Notes under the pieces: model-generated
What the model was told of the DNA's origin: nothing
The model's input: only the letters and a program-made list of their open reading frames with translations
Databases searched by the model: none
Program-made: the position numbers and the translations under genes
Source of the DNA: a bacterium
GTDB lineage: Bacteria; Patescibacteriota; Minisyncoccia; Phycocordibacterales; UBA2100
DNA length: 64,000 nucleotides
Direction of reading: 5' to 3'
Assembly (NCBI GenBank): GCA_030647655.1
Contig: JAUSJH010000009.1
Span: 82,196-146,195 of the forward strand
Part shown: positions 1 through 10,203 of the stretch, piece after piece
Layout of the letters: each line of letters opens with the position of its first letter
Numbering within the stretch: the stretch's first letter is position 1

Positions 1-479
1 AGAGAAGCCTCTGCGACGTTGTCTTCAGGCACATAGATGGAGGCGAATCCTGCGTCGCGCGCGGCGGCGGCTATCGAAAGACATCCGAGGATGGGGGAGA
101 GTGTGCCGTCGAGCGAAAGCTCGCCCGCAAACATTTTTCCGGCAGGGTCGAAGTGTATCTGCTCGGAGGCCAGCAGGAATGATAGTGCGAGCGGCAGATC
201 GAAAACCGCGCCCTCTTTTTTCAGCGCAGCGGGCGCGAGCGAGAGCACGATTTTTTTGTTACTGCGCTTGGGCGACTCGAGCTCATCCGTATTTTTTATC
301 GCTGCGGCGATGCGATCCTTCGCTTCCTCCACCGATTTGTCCGGTAACCCGACGATGGTAAAAGCATGCAGACCTTTCACGATGTCACACTCGACGGAAA
401 CCACCGCGCCTTTCGGCAGCATCGGCTGAGCCCCGAAGACTCTCGCGAATCCCGAAGCGATTTTTTGTTTTGTACTCAC
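1..479 (-). CDS. comM: ComM/YifB family Mg-chelatase-like AAA+ ATPase (5' part; runs off the window start)
   Basis: Not in the ORF track. Manual translation from GTG at 479 gives MSTKQKIASGFARVFGAQ...VECDIVKGLHAFTIVGLPDKSVEEAKDRIAAAIKN...VLSLAPAALKKEGAVFDLPLA, which matches the ComM N-terminal motifs IVGLPD..V.E...R and LAPA..KKEG..FDLP. Confidence 0.9.
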   Translation of the reverse strand, partial: MSTKQKIASGFARVFGAQPMLPKGAVVSVECDIVKGLHAFTIVGLPDKSVEEAKDRIAAAIKNTDELESPKRSNKKIVLSLAPAALKKEGAVFDLPLALSFLLASEQIHFDPAGKMFAGELSLDGTLSPILGCLSIAAAARDAGFASIYVPEDNVAEAS

Positions 480-507
480 CGCGCCATTGTACCAAGCGTT
501 TTTGTAC

Positions 508-873
508 TTAGGCGTGCGCTATGCACGTGCGTGCCGCCGGATTCGCTTCGAGGCGGTCAAGCGAGATCGGTTCTTTGCCAATCTCGCAGAGCCCATAGTT
601 CTCGTCTTCCATTTTTTCGAGGGCAGCTACAATGTCTTTATGACGTTTTTCAAGCTCCTCCACCAGCGGCACATTGGTCACCAGTTCTTCGATTTGGTCG
701 GCTGCGTCCGTGGGATCAGCCTCGGTGCCCTGCAGTCCGCTCGAATTTCCCTGCCAGTTGCCGCTCTCATTCTGGACGCGACCGTGGCCCGCGAGCTCCT
801 CTTCCAGAGAATCACGCTCGGCCTCGAGCGCTCCACGCAGCTCTTCCAGTTGATTTCCAGTGATGTGTACCAT
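508..873 (-). CDS. TraR/DksA family protein
   Basis: Coiled coil with DxxDxA (DPTDAAD) and C-terminal YGLCEIGKEPISLDRLEANPAARTCIAH, a degenerate DksA/TraR zinc finger. Confidence 0.8.
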   Translation of the reverse strand: MVHITGNQLEELRGALEAERDSLEEELAGHGRVQNESGNWQGNSSGLQGTEADPTDAADQIEELVTNVPLVEELEKRHKDIVAALEKMEDENYGLCEIGKEPISLDRLEANPAARTCIAHA

Positions 874-912
874 AGGCGAGATGGTAGCAAAAATAAAGCA
901 ATGATACCAATA

Positions 913-2388
913 TCACAACTTGCGGCTTGCCTGCAGGCGGCTTAATATCTCAGTGAATGAATACGGACTTTCAGCGATAATAAGGATGTTCTGCGTCGGG
1001 AACGAATAATAAAGTTGTGTAGTACCGGAGTCATCTTTGAGTGCGCGCACATCATAGTTGCGCATCACAAGGTCTTGGAACACTCTCTTGATGGGAAGCC
1101 CATTACCGTCAGTTGCGAGTACGGGCACTGAGGTAAATACAGGGGCGAGGTCGGCATTTAGGGAAGATTCCCATTCGAGCATTCCCGCGAACGCGTGATC
1201 GTGGGAAGTGACCGGTATCACAAAGAGCGGCGCATTTTTATCCACGGTATGTATACCGAAAAAGAAATCATTGCCCAGGGCGCGTATGAGGTCTTCGGGA
1301 GCGTGCACGCCGAGTGCCTGCATAAATTCGGCGAAGGTCGCGGGGACTTGCTCCGAACCACCGTCCGTCCCGACTGTCTTTACTGGGATTATTCTCGTGA
1401 TGGAACCGAGCGACCCGTTTTGTGCAACACGCGCGGAAGCGAGCATACGCTTGAGGTCACCCTGCGCGGTATCATCGAGGGAAAGAGGCACGCTTTGTTC
1501 GGCGAAGAGAATTGATGAGGCGTTTATCGGAGGAGGTGGAGTGCCTGTACGTTGTTGCATGACGGTGTACACGCCGAAAAGCGCTCCTGCGCCGAGTAGC
1601 ATCAAAAGCACGATACTGAAAATGACCCCGAAGGTCCGTTTCGACCTCTGCGTCGTCGCGGGAGCCTCCACTTTTTCCGCGGCTTTTCGGACGCGACGAT
1701 CTTCCTCGAGCGACACCGCACGCACGACCGATATTTTTTTGTCCCGTACGACACCCTGCAGGTCGTCCTTGAGTGTGTGTACCGCGGCGACGCTTCCCGC
1801 TTCTCGCTTTGCACTCTGCGCGGGGACGTCCTTGGAAATTTGTGTCGGATCCGCGATGCTCTCTTTGAGCGAGGGCGCTTGTGGCGAGATAGGAGAAACA
1901 ACTTTTGCGTCCGCGGCTCCATTCTGATCGCCTGTCTGCGCGGGCGCTCGGCGCTCGGGCAGTTTCACCTCATCGAGTATTTTTGTGATATCGGCGCGGA
2001 TAGTTTTTGGTTCTGGTTTTGCCGCAGACACAGGGAGGGTCATCGATACTGGTGGAACGGCGGAAGTTACCGGTGGACGTGGTTTCGGTTGCGGAGCCGG
2101 TGCGGGGGTTGGAGGAGGTACTACTTTAGGCACGGCCGGAGGCACTGTAGGAACAGGCGGAGATACCACTTTCTTTTCGTGCGGGATGACCACCTCCTCG
2201 AGGATTTTGGGTTCAGGCGCGTCCTGCAGTAGATTAGGCGCTGCTGTGGTAGCAGTGTTGAGGGCGACCGGTGTGCTCGGCTGTAGTTTAGATGCGTCTG
2301 CGGCTAAAACATTCTGTTTGGCAGAATGTTCGCCCGACACCGCATTAGATGCGGTGTCTAGGGGGTCCTTTTGAATCTCGTCTGCCAT
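913..2388 (-). CDS. Hypothetical membrane protein with Pro-rich N-terminal region
   Basis: Long ORF with a Pro/Ala-rich N-terminus and one TM helix (FGVIFSIVLLMLLGAGALFGVY). Overlaps the pnp 3' end; start uncertain. Confidence 0.7.
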   Translation of the reverse strand: MADEIQKDPLDTASNAVSGEHSAKQNVLAADASKLQPSTPVALNTATTAAPNLLQDAPEPKILEEVVIPHEKKVVSPPVPTVPPAVPKVVPPPTPAPAPQPKPRPPVTSAVPPVSMTLPVSAAKPEPKTIRADITKILDEVKLPERRAPAQTGDQNGAADAKVVSPISPQAPSLKESIADPTQISKDVPAQSAKREAGSVAAVHTLKDDLQGVVRDKKISVVRAVSLEEDRRVRKAAEKVEAPATTQRSKRTFGVIFSIVLLMLLGAGALFGVYTVMQQRTGTPPPPINASSILFAEQSVPLSLDDTAQGDLKRMLASARVAQNGSLGSITRIIPVKTVGTDGGSEQVPATFAEFMQALGVHAPEDLIRALGNDFFFGIHTVDKNAPLFVIPVTSHDHAFAGMLEWESSLNADLAPVFTSVPVLATDGNGLPIKRVFQDLVMRNYDVRALKDDSGTTQLYYSFPTQNILIIAESPYSFTEILSRLQASRKL

Positions 2389-4534
2389 GGGAATCTCCAC
2401 CGCCTTCAGCCGGCTTGAGCCCTTTGCGTGCGGCCCACTCCGGATCGGCTGCTTTGATAGAGAGATTATAGCGCCCTTTCTCGTCGATCTCTTTCAAAAC
2501 GACGGGGACGATGTCGCCGAGCGCTAGTGCATCCGATATCTTATTGATTCGGAACGGGGCGACCTCGGATACGTGTACTAACCCGTCGTTGTTGGGGCCG
2601 ATTTTTACGAAAGCGCCGAAATCCATGAGCCGCACGACGGGACCTTCGAACTTATCCCCCACCATATATTCGCGCGTGAGGTCTACTATCTCTTTGAGCG
2701 CGGCCTCGGCGGTGCCATTGCGACCCGTCACGAAGATAGTCCCGTCTTCCTCGATGGTGATGTCGTCGCACAGTGTGCGCTCGCGGATGCCGTTGATGGT
2801 CTTTCCCCCAGGACCGATGACGAGACCTATCTGGTCCTTCTTGACCACGGTCGTGAGTATCTTGGGCGCGCGTGGAGAGATGTCGGCGCGCGCCGCAGAA
2901 ATTTCTTTTGTTATCACTTCGAGTATCTGCATGCGCGCGATTTTGGCCTGCGCGAACGCCTCAGCCAATACTTTGAGCGGCACACCATCAACCTTCACAT
3001 CCATTTGCACCGCTGTTACGCCCAGAGAGGTACCGGCCACTTTGAAATCCATATCGCCATGATGGTCTTCCGGTCCTTGAATGTCGGTAAGCACTTTATA
3101 TTTCCCTTCTTTTGCGTCGCTCATCAAGCCCATCGCTATCCCCGCGACAGGGCGTGCAATGGGGACTCCTGCGTCCATGAGCGCGATTGTGCCCGCACAG
3201 ACGGTCGCCATCGATGTCGAGCCGTTAGACGCCAGACATTCGGAAACGATGCGGACCGTGTACGGGAACACATCTTTCGGAGGCATCATGACGCGCAGTG
3301 CTTTTTCCGCGAGTGCGCCGTGCCCCGTCATGCGGCGGTTCATGCCGCCGACCCGACCTGTCTCGCCCACAGAAAACGGCGGGAAATTGTAGTGGAGCAT
3401 GAACGACTTTTTCGTATCCTGGTTCTCGATCGTATCGAGGAGCTGGGCGTCGCCGGGGCCGCCAAGAGTGAGCGCAGCCAAGACGTGTGTTTCTCCACGG
3501 TAGAAAATGCCGGTTCCGTGGATGACGGGCGAGACCCCGCCGGCTTGTGCAAAGAGAGTACGTATCTCATCGAGTGCGCGGCCGTCAACGCGCTTCCCTT
3601 CTTCTATTGCGAGCTTGTGTACGAATGCATCAAGACGCTCTTCGTAGTATGAATCGATCTGTCCTGAATGCATATCCGGGAGTTTTTCCGTAGCCATCTT
3701 CATCCATTCAGATTTCATCGGGCCTAACTCCTGTTTAATGAGCTTCCCCGCTGAAGCATTGAGTTTGGGTGCGACGAGCTCCGCGAACGCCGCCTCCAGT
3801 TCGGGCGTCGTCTCGGGCACTTTGAATGCCTGTTTTTCCCTTCCACGCTCGGCAATAATCATTTTCTGCCACGTTTGCATCTTTTCTATCTCCTCACTCG
3901 CGCGCGTAAGCGCTTTTTCAAGAACAGACTCGTCTATTTCACGCGCGCCGACCTCTATCATGTTGATAAGGCCGTCTTTGCCGCAGACCGTGAGGTCCAT
4001 GAGCGCCTTTGGGGGGAGCTCTTCTTCCCGTTGCTTATACGTGGGATTTACAATGAGAGCATCATTTCCCTCTTCGAGCCCGATGCGTAGCGATGAGACA
4101 GGCCCGTTCCACGGAATATCGGATGTTGCGAGCGCAAGAGACGCTGCGTTGATGGCGAGTATGTCGGTGTCGTATTCCTCGATAGAAAGGACGGTAATGA
4201 TGACCTGCACTTCGCGCTTCAGGCCCTTGGGGAACAAGGGGCGGATAGTGCGGTCAACCATGCGACCCGAGAGCACCGCCTCGTCGGAAGGTCGCCCTTC
4301 GCGGCGCATGAATCGTGAGCCGAGGATCGCTCCCGCGGCGTAAAACTTCTCCTCGTATTCGACAGAGAGCGGGAAATAATCTTTGTCCGATTCCTTGCCC
4401 ATGACGGCGGTTGCCAAAACCGCGCTGTTACCATAGCGCACCAATACCGATCCGTTCGCCTGGTCCGCCCAGTCGTTGAACTCGGCGGTCATTGTCTTCC
4501 CGCCGATCTCGACGGAATATTCTTTTTTCTGCAT
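2345..4534 (-). CDS. pnp: Polyribonucleotide nucleotidyltransferase
   Basis: YFPLSVEYEEKFYAAG, RREGRPS, DRTIRPLFP, SNGSTSMA, DHHGDMDFKVAG, then KH (IGPGGKTI) and S1 domains. Confidence 0.98.
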   Translation of the reverse strand: MQKKEYSVEIGGKTMTAEFNDWADQANGSVLVRYGNSAVLATAVMGKESDKDYFPLSVEYEEKFYAAGAILGSRFMRREGRPSDEAVLSGRMVDRTIRPLFPKGLKREVQVIITVLSIEEYDTDILAINAASLALATSDIPWNGPVSSLRIGLEEGNDALIVNPTYKQREEELPPKALMDLTVCGKDGLINMIEVGAREIDESVLEKALTRASEEIEKMQTWQKMIIAERGREKQAFKVPETTPELEAAFAELVAPKLNASAGKLIKQELGPMKSEWMKMATEKLPDMHSGQIDSYYEERLDAFVHKLAIEEGKRVDGRALDEIRTLFAQAGGVSPVIHGTGIFYRGETHVLAALTLGGPGDAQLLDTIENQDTKKSFMLHYNFPPFSVGETGRVGGMNRRMTGHGALAEKALRVMMPPKDVFPYTVRIVSECLASNGSTSMATVCAGTIALMDAGVPIARPVAGIAMGLMSDAKEGKYKVLTDIQGPEDHHGDMDFKVAGTSLGVTAVQMDVKVDGVPLKVLAEAFAQAKIARMQILEVITKEISAARADISPRAPKILTTVVKKDQIGLVIGPGGKTINGIRERTLCDDITIEEDGTIFVTGRNGTAEAALKEIVDLTREYMVGDKFEGPVVRLMDFGAFVKIGPNNDGLVHVSEVAPFRINKISDALALGDIVPVVLKEIDEKGRYNLSIKAADPEWAARKGLKPAEGGGDSHGRRDSKGPPRHRI

Positions 4535-4651
4535 GTACAAAGGTCTTCTAATGACCCTCGGATTTTAGGTCTCAAACCGAGTTTGAGAACTACCTATCCA
4601 AGGATCGCTGATAACGTGAACAACTATAGCATAAAGGCTATACTTGTCACC

Positions 4652-5041
4652 ATGAACATCGTTATTCGCCGGATGTTCCGATACGCTGTCGCGAGTATCA
4701 CCTTTTTCGTCCTCGATCTTCTCGTAGTGTTCGTGCTGACTGGATTTTTCCACGCCTACTATGTCGCCTCGGTCGTCATAGGTTTTACCACGACGACCGT
4801 CGCGCTCTTTTTTGCGAACCGAACATGGACGTTCGGAAAGAATGTACACCCGCTCCGCGCCATCTATGCGGTGCTCGTGGCGGTAACTACGCTCGGTATT
4901 GTCACGGGCCTTACCTATCTTGGCGTCGAGTATTTCGGCCTTTACTATATTGTCGCGCGCGTCGTCGCCGCGTGGTTCGGACTCGCGTGGAGTTACCTCG
5001 GAGATTCACTCTTTACGTTCGAGGTACGCCCACTTGAGTGA
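4652..5041 (+). CDS. GtrA family membrane protein
   Basis: Four TM segments, an N-terminal RYAV and a central NRTWTF motif. Start chosen 7 nt after TATACT (4639-4644). Confidence 0.75.
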   Translation: MNIVIRRMFRYAVASITFFVLDLLVVFVLTGFFHAYYVASVVIGFTTTTVALFFANRTWTFGKNVHPLRAIYAVLVAVTTLGIVTGLTYLGVEYFGLYYIVARVVAAWFGLAWSYLGDSLFTFEVRPLE

Positions 5042-5806
5042 TTATTTTTTGGAAAGATTCCACAAGGCGTTGAAGAATTCGCGATAGCCGTCGGCAATCG
5101 TTTTTCCAGTGACGGTTATGCAAAGTACAGGATCACCGAAAATATTGAGCGTGATGTTGTCGTGCCAAATATCGGTGTTCATAAGCCCGGTGGCGTGACC
5201 GGGGAGTATTCGAAACGACCAGTGCCCCGTTTTCTCGAGCATCTGTAGACGCTCGTGTTGAGCCTCTCCTCCGAGATAACGCGTCTTAATATTTTTCTCT
5301 CTCGAGATTCGGAGATATTCGTCCCATGCCCCCTCGGCTTCGAGAGTTGTTTGGTATCGTTCAGTTTCGCTTGCGATTACGTCGATAACAGTGTCATTTG
5401 GTTGTCGCTTGAGCAATTCGAATTGTTGTGCGACGAAAGAGCTGTCACCCTGAAAAATCTCCACATCTTGCTCGCGCTCTCCCGCGTATCGGCTCTGAAG
5501 CTCTTTCGCCAGTGCGTTTGCGGCAAGCTTCTTCTCCTCGATGAGCGAGAGCAGGCGATTGGGCGTGTTAGCGCTGAACTTTTTACGGCCATTTTGAACC
5601 ACATGCCGTGCAAGGCCTTTTTCCTCGAGCTTTGCAAGCGCGTCATACACAAATTGTCCGTGAAGACCAGTCATTCTAATGATTTTCGACGTGCCGATGT
5701 CCCGGTAGGGCAAGAGCGATAGGTACACGCGGCTTTCTTTTTCCGATAGCCCCAATCCAGCAAGCCTGGTTTCAATCACAGTATTTTCATCAGTATTTTT
5801 TGACAT
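5042..5806 (-). CDS. TrmB-like HTH transcriptional regulator
   Basis: LAGLGLSEKESRVYLSLL...VYDALAKLEEKGL N-terminal TrmB-type HTH; C-terminal FREFFNALW-like ending (YREFFNALW). Confidence 0.8.
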   Translation of the reverse strand: MSKNTDENTVIETRLAGLGLSEKESRVYLSLLPYRDIGTSKIIRMTGLHGQFVYDALAKLEEKGLARHVVQNGRKKFSANTPNRLLSLIEEKKLAANALAKELQSRYAGEREQDVEIFQGDSSFVAQQFELLKRQPNDTVIDVIASETERYQTTLEAEGAWDEYLRISREKNIKTRYLGGEAQHERLQMLEKTGHWSFRILPGHATGLMNTDIWHDNITLNIFGDPVLCITVTGKTIADGYREFFNALWNLSKK

Positions 5807-5865
5807 ATAAGAAGGAAGTACCCTATTTAGAAGCTATTTTATCATAATAGTATCATCAATAAAGA

Positions 5866-5893
5866 TTGACAATAGGGTCAGACGTGGTATAGT
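5866..5893 (+). promoter_or_regulatory. Sigma70-type promoter TTGACA-N16-TATAGT with extended TG
   Basis: TTGACA at 5866-5871 and TGgTATAGT ending at 5893. Divergent from the TrmB-like gene, upstream of ORF 5973. Confidence 0.7.
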
Positions 5894-5972
5894 TATGCAG
5901 GAAATCGAAGCTCATTAACTCAAATTGACTGCAGTATTCAATCCACGCCGACATCGAGAGGAGGTGATTTGA

Positions 5973-6308
5973 ATGTCTGGCACAATCGGGCTTTTCGAAG
6001 CCCGGGCCTGGGTCGCTAAACAGTGCGGCCTAGCCAAGAAGAAGGGAGATGAGGATCTGATCCCGTCGGGAGTACAAACTCTCGAGAAATTCGGGATTGA
6101 TTCCTTCTTCGCCTTTAGCAAAGGTGACGAAGTCCCCGCTTCTTGGCACGAAAGGGCCGAGTTGCTGGAAGACATGCTGAATGTCTTCCACCCGGAGAAC
6201 GAGAAGTTCATCTTTCTCGGACTCGCGGACCACGAGCAATTCTTAGTGGTCGAATCTTCTGGGCCCGCCTCTGTTGTGGTGGTTCCGGTCGCTTCCCTGG
6301 CCTTCTAG
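5973..6308 (+). CDS. Hypothetical protein
   Basis: 111-aa ORF with a strong SD (GAGGAGGTGA), the promoter above and a downstream hairpin. Confidence 0.65.
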   Translation: MSGTIGLFEARAWVAKQCGLAKKKGDEDLIPSGVQTLEKFGIDSFFAFSKGDEVPASWHERAELLEDMLNVFHPENEKFIFLGLADHEQFLVVESSGPASVVVVPVASLAF

Positions 6309-6486
6309 GGATTGAAGACTTGGAGAGGGACTACGGCCCCTCTCCCCTTATTAGAGAGTTTGTGAAAGTCGAACTCTCTTAAAGGAAAGTTCTTTGAAAA
6401 TATTTGGGAAGTGGTCGTAGCAAAGATGCGGCGGTACACCCCATCTTTGCTGTGACTACACCCAAATCAACCAATTGGAGGATTCC

Positions 6487-7185
6487 ATGCAGCATTCTCG
6501 AGTTAGTCCCGATGAATGGAAAGTCGGTCTCTACGAAAGTTTCGACAAAGTTCGGCGACATACCGAGCCATACGAGATGACCGTCGGTAAATTCGACATC
6601 TTGGTACTTCCGAACGTCTTTTCGCCGAAGTACTTCACGGACAGTCTGTGGTTCGCAGAGCGGCTGCCTGCAATCGTGAAGAGTGCGAGCTTCCTCGAAA
6701 TCGGAACTGGAACCGGTATCGCGGCACTCTACTGCGCGGCTGCAGGCGCCACGGTGACGGCGACTGACATCAATCAGAGGGCGGTCACGAACACCATCCG
6801 TAACGCGAGAAAGGCGAGCCTTCCGATTTCCGTGCGCCATGGCGATATGTTTGCGCCGCTGTTCTCGTTCGAGAAATATGACTACATGTTCTGGAACCAC
6901 CCGTTCAATAGTTGGAACGGGCAGGTACCCGACATGTTGATGCGGGCGGGAATCGATCCCGATTATCGTGACTTGGAGCGCTACATGCTTCATGGCAAGA
7001 GCCATCTCACAGGTCGAGGAGCGCAGCTGCTCGGGTCTTCGGATATGGCGGAAGTCGATTGCATCAACGAAATCGCTGATCGGTACGGCAGGAAGTTGAC
7101 CGTGCTTTCGGAGGGCGAAATGCCCATCGAAAACGGTAGCGAGGTGTGGAACACGTACTACATCTATCGCATCGATACGTTGTGA
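6487..7185 (+). CDS. Class I SAM-dependent methyltransferase (HemK/MTS-like)
   Basis: PNVFSP, motif I FLEIGTGTG, TDINQRAV, and motif IV-like FWNHPFN. Confidence 0.85.
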   Translation: MQHSRVSPDEWKVGLYESFDKVRRHTEPYEMTVGKFDILVLPNVFSPKYFTDSLWFAERLPAIVKSASFLEIGTGTGIAALYCAAAGATVTATDINQRAVTNTIRNARKASLPISVRHGDMFAPLFSFEKYDYMFWNHPFNSWNGQVPDMLMRAGIDPDYRDLERYMLHGKSHLTGRGAQLLGSSDMAEVDCINEIADRYGRKLTVLSEGEMPIENGSEVWNTYYIYRIDTL

Positions 7186-7200
7186 ACCTCGACACAATAC

Positions 7201-7234
7201 CCCGCGCGGAGAAATCCGCGCGGGCAAACTTTTT
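7201..7234. terminator. Intrinsic terminator hairpin
   Basis: CCCGCGCGGA-GAAA-TCCGCGCGGG with a T-run shortly after; lies between converging genes. Confidence 0.75.
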
Positions 7235-7242
7235 AATATTTC

Positions 7243-7884
7243 TTATTCCACACCCGTGATCTTTCCTATCTCTGAGATGTCCTGCTCATTTTGCGGCGCG
7301 ATGGAATCCTCCGGCGCGGAGACTTGCACATCGCCACCATCACGTGTGCGGCCGCCACGCGAAGAACGCGTGGGGCGATAGTTCATTAGATAGCGGCGCG
7401 GGTCTTCGTCGAGGTCGAGAAAGTGATCGGCTGCTTCTTTGAGCTTGCCGGAGGTCGAGCGACCGAAAGAGGCTATCTCCACCTGACAGCCGCCGTGCAC
7501 CTGAAGGTATTTGACGAGCGGAATGAAATCACCGTCGCCGGTGAAAAGTATCACCGTGTCGAGTTTGGGTGACATCGTGATGGCGTCTACCGCCATGCCG
7601 ACGTCCCAATCTGCCTTCTTGGCGCCGCCGAAGAATATTTGGAGGTCTTTCGTCGTCGTTTCGATGCCAATCTTCTCGAGTGCTTCGAAAAAACCCTTCT
7701 CCTCGCCACTCTCTGTCGTCACGACATAGGCGCGAGCGCGGATGAGGCGGCGCCCACCGAGGGAGTCTTTTAATACGTTGCCGAAATTCACGCGCGCGTG
7801 GTAGATATTCTTCGCGCTGTGATAAAGGTTTTGCGTGTCGATGAATACACCGACGCGTTGTTCTGGATGTTTAATGATAGCCAT
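7243..7884 (-). CDS. NYN domain (LabA/DUF88) protein
   Basis: VFIDTQNLY, KKADWDVGMAVD, TGDGDFIPL. Confidence 0.92.
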   Translation of the reverse strand: MAIIKHPEQRVGVFIDTQNLYHSAKNIYHARVNFGNVLKDSLGGRRLIRARAYVVTTESGEEKGFFEALEKIGIETTTKDLQIFFGGAKKADWDVGMAVDAITMSPKLDTVILFTGDGDFIPLVKYLQVHGGCQVEIASFGRSTSGKLKEAADHFLDLDEDPRRYLMNYRPTRSSRGGRTRDGGDVQVSAPEDSIAPQNEQDISEIGKITGVE

Positions 7885-8054
7885 ATGATTTTGCGAAATT
7901 ACCAAGTCTCGAATCTACTGATTCGCATGTGCGTTGCGTCCATTGTTACGCGACCTGTTTTCAGTAATTAGTCACTAGGGTCTAGCCACTAGTGAAATAC
8001 ATTTATTAAAATATCCACTAGATAGAGTATAGCTTACAAAACGAAAAGGAGGAA

Positions 8055-8321
8055 TTATTTCTTCAAACCAAGCTTTCTAACCAAAGTACCGTATGCGCGA
8101 CGATTTGTAGCCTCCAAGTACTTCAAATGCTTGCGGCGGTCTGCGACGAGACCCAAAAGACCGCGACGACCATGTTTGTCCTTGCGATTCTTATCCAAAT
8201 GCACAGAAAGTTCCTCAATTCGGCGCGTCAAAACGGCAACTTGCACCTCCGGAGAGCCAGTGTCCGTGTCGTGCCGGCGCGATTTAGCAATCTCGTTTGC
8301 TTTCTTACGCTTCGTAAGCAT
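8055..8321 (-). CDS. rpsO: 30S ribosomal protein S15
   Basis: HDTDTGSPEVQVAVLT...KDKHGRRGLL. Confidence 0.98.
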   Translation of the reverse strand: MLTKRKKANEIAKSRRHDTDTGSPEVQVAVLTRRIEELSVHLDKNRKDKHGRRGLLGLVADRRKHLKYLEATNRRAYGTLVRKLGLKK

Positions 8322-8425
8322 GGTAGAACAATATCACATTCCGTGGCTCAACGCAAGCTCCCAATTTGTCCAAACGCCTCACGTTTGGCTACAAATTGCA
8401 GTCCTTTAGGGCTCCCTGCCCCTTC

Positions 8426-8941
8426 TTATTGCGTTTTGGGCGTCGTGGTATCCGCTGCGGCCGGCGTATCCTCAACCTTCTCCAGTTGAATCTCGAAAAT
8501 GAGTGTCGAGTTGGCGGGGATTATCACTTTTCCTGAAGCGTCTTTCACGTCTTGCGCCCCATAGCCGAAGCTCGGGGGAATAGAGAGCACGCGCTGGCCA
8601 CCTTCTTTCATGCCATTAACTCCTATCTGGAAGCCGGCGATGAGACCCCCCGCGCCCAGAGTGAATTTGAGCGGCTCATTGTTGTGTGCGGCAGAGCTGT
8701 CAAATACAGTACCATCGGAAAATTTGCCCACATAGAGGACGGAGACGGTGTCGCCGGGCTTCGCTTCCCTGCCAGTGCCGACTTTCACGTCCTGTCCTTG
8801 CACTTGATCGGTTGCTCCTGCTGCCGAAGCTGCCTGAGTTCCTGCGGGAGTGTTATTGCCCATGAATTTGAAGATAAAATATCCGCCGATAAGAATGACA
8901 ATAATGACGACGAACCCGATAACCATTGGTTTTGTGTTCAT
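8426..8941 (-). CDS. Membrane-anchored FKBP-type peptidyl-prolyl isomerase
   Basis: N-terminal TM; VLYVGKFSDGTVFDSS, GMKEGGQR, IPPSFGYG, IPANSTLIFEIQL. Confidence 0.93.
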   Translation of the reverse strand: MNTKPMVIGFVVIIVILIGGYFIFKFMGNNTPAGTQAASAAGATDQVQGQDVKVGTGREAKPGDTVSVLYVGKFSDGTVFDSSAAHNNEPLKFTLGAGGLIAGFQIGVNGMKEGGQRVLSIPPSFGYGAQDVKDASGKVIIPANSTLIFEIQLEKVEDTPAAADTTTPKTQ

Positions 8942-9066
8942 ATCGCGCCACGATACAGGCACACAGTATTTTTTGCAAGCTCCCGATTTGTCCGCGCGAA
9001 GCGCGGCAACAAATCGCAGTCCCTTTGGGGTTGGGGACAAAATTCAAGAAGAGTATACTGAAATCT

Positions 9067-10203
9067 ATGGAACCATTAGCCTCCAAAATAAGGCCGAAAA
9101 ATGTGGACGAATTCGTCGGGCAGGTTCACCTCACAGGCGCGGGGAAGCCTCTCCGCGTTGCGATAGCGAAGAAAGAATTGTTCTCATTTATTTTATGGGG
9201 CCCGCCCGGCTCGGGCAAGACGACGCTCGCGCGTATCTACGCAAATGCGGTCGGCGCGGATTTCTACGAACTCTCGGCAGTCGACTCGGGCAAAGACGAT
9301 ATCAAGAAAATAATCGGCGGCCGACAGTTGAAACTCGGCGGCAAACCGAAAATCTTATTCGTCGACGAAATCCACCGTTTCAACAAAGCACAGCAGGATT
9401 TTCTTCTACCGTTCGTCGAGCGCGGCGAGCTCACGCTCATTGGTGCGACGACCGAGAACCCGAGTTTCGAGATAATTTCCCCACTCCTCTCGCGCTGCCG
9501 CGTGTTCGTGTTGAATGAACATTCGGAGAAAGAGATGGAAAAGATTATTACGCGCACAAAGATGAAAGTTCCAAAAGATGCGCTCGATTGGCTCATCAGG
9601 ATGGCTGGAGGCGATGCACGGCAAGCCATCACGACACTCGAAACTGCAGAAAAACTCTACGGCAAGATTACACTCGATACGCTCAAAGAAGCAATTCAAT
9701 CTAAACATCTCCGCTACGACAAAAAAGGAGAGGAACACTACAACACCATCTCGGCGTTCATTAAGAGCATGCGTGCATCGCAACCGGATGCCGCACTCTA
9801 CTATCTGGCGCGCATGGTGGATGCAGGAGAGGACCCCAAATTCATCGCGCGGCGCATGGTTATTTTTGCGAGCGAAGACATCGGCTTGGCACAACCAACC
9901 GCGCTCGTCGTTGCCAACGCGGTTTTCGAAGCTGTCAATAAGATCGGATATCCCGAAGCGACGATAAATCTCGCGCACGGCGTCGCGTACCTCGCGCAGT
10001 GCAAAAAAGACCGCCGCTCATACGACGCGGTCTTTGAAGCGCTCGACGATGTGAAAAAATTCGGCAACCTGCCGATACCGATGCGTGTACGCAATGCCCC
10101 GACGAAGCTTATGAAAGAACTCGGCTATCACAAAGGCTACAAGATGTACGACCAAGAATCCTATCTGCCGGAGAAACTTAAGAAAAAGAGATATCTCAAA
10201 TAG
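9067..10203 (+). CDS. rarA: Replication-associated recombination protein A (RarA/MgsA)
   Basis: PLASKIRP, Walker A GPPGSGKTT, DEIHRFNKAQQD, GATTENPSF, ISAFIKSMR, RNAPTKLMKELGY. Confidence 0.96.
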   Translation: MEPLASKIRPKNVDEFVGQVHLTGAGKPLRVAIAKKELFSFILWGPPGSGKTTLARIYANAVGADFYELSAVDSGKDDIKKIIGGRQLKLGGKPKILFVDEIHRFNKAQQDFLLPFVERGELTLIGATTENPSFEIISPLLSRCRVFVLNEHSEKEMEKIITRTKMKVPKDALDWLIRMAGGDARQAITTLETAEKLYGKITLDTLKEAIQSKHLRYDKKGEEHYNTISAFIKSMRASQPDAALYYLARMVDAGEDPKFIARRMVIFASEDIGLAQPTALVVANAVFEAVNKIGYPEATINLAHGVAYLAQCKKDRRSYDAVFEALDDVKKFGNLPIPMRVRNAPTKLMKELGYHKGYKMYDQESYLPEKLKKKRYLK

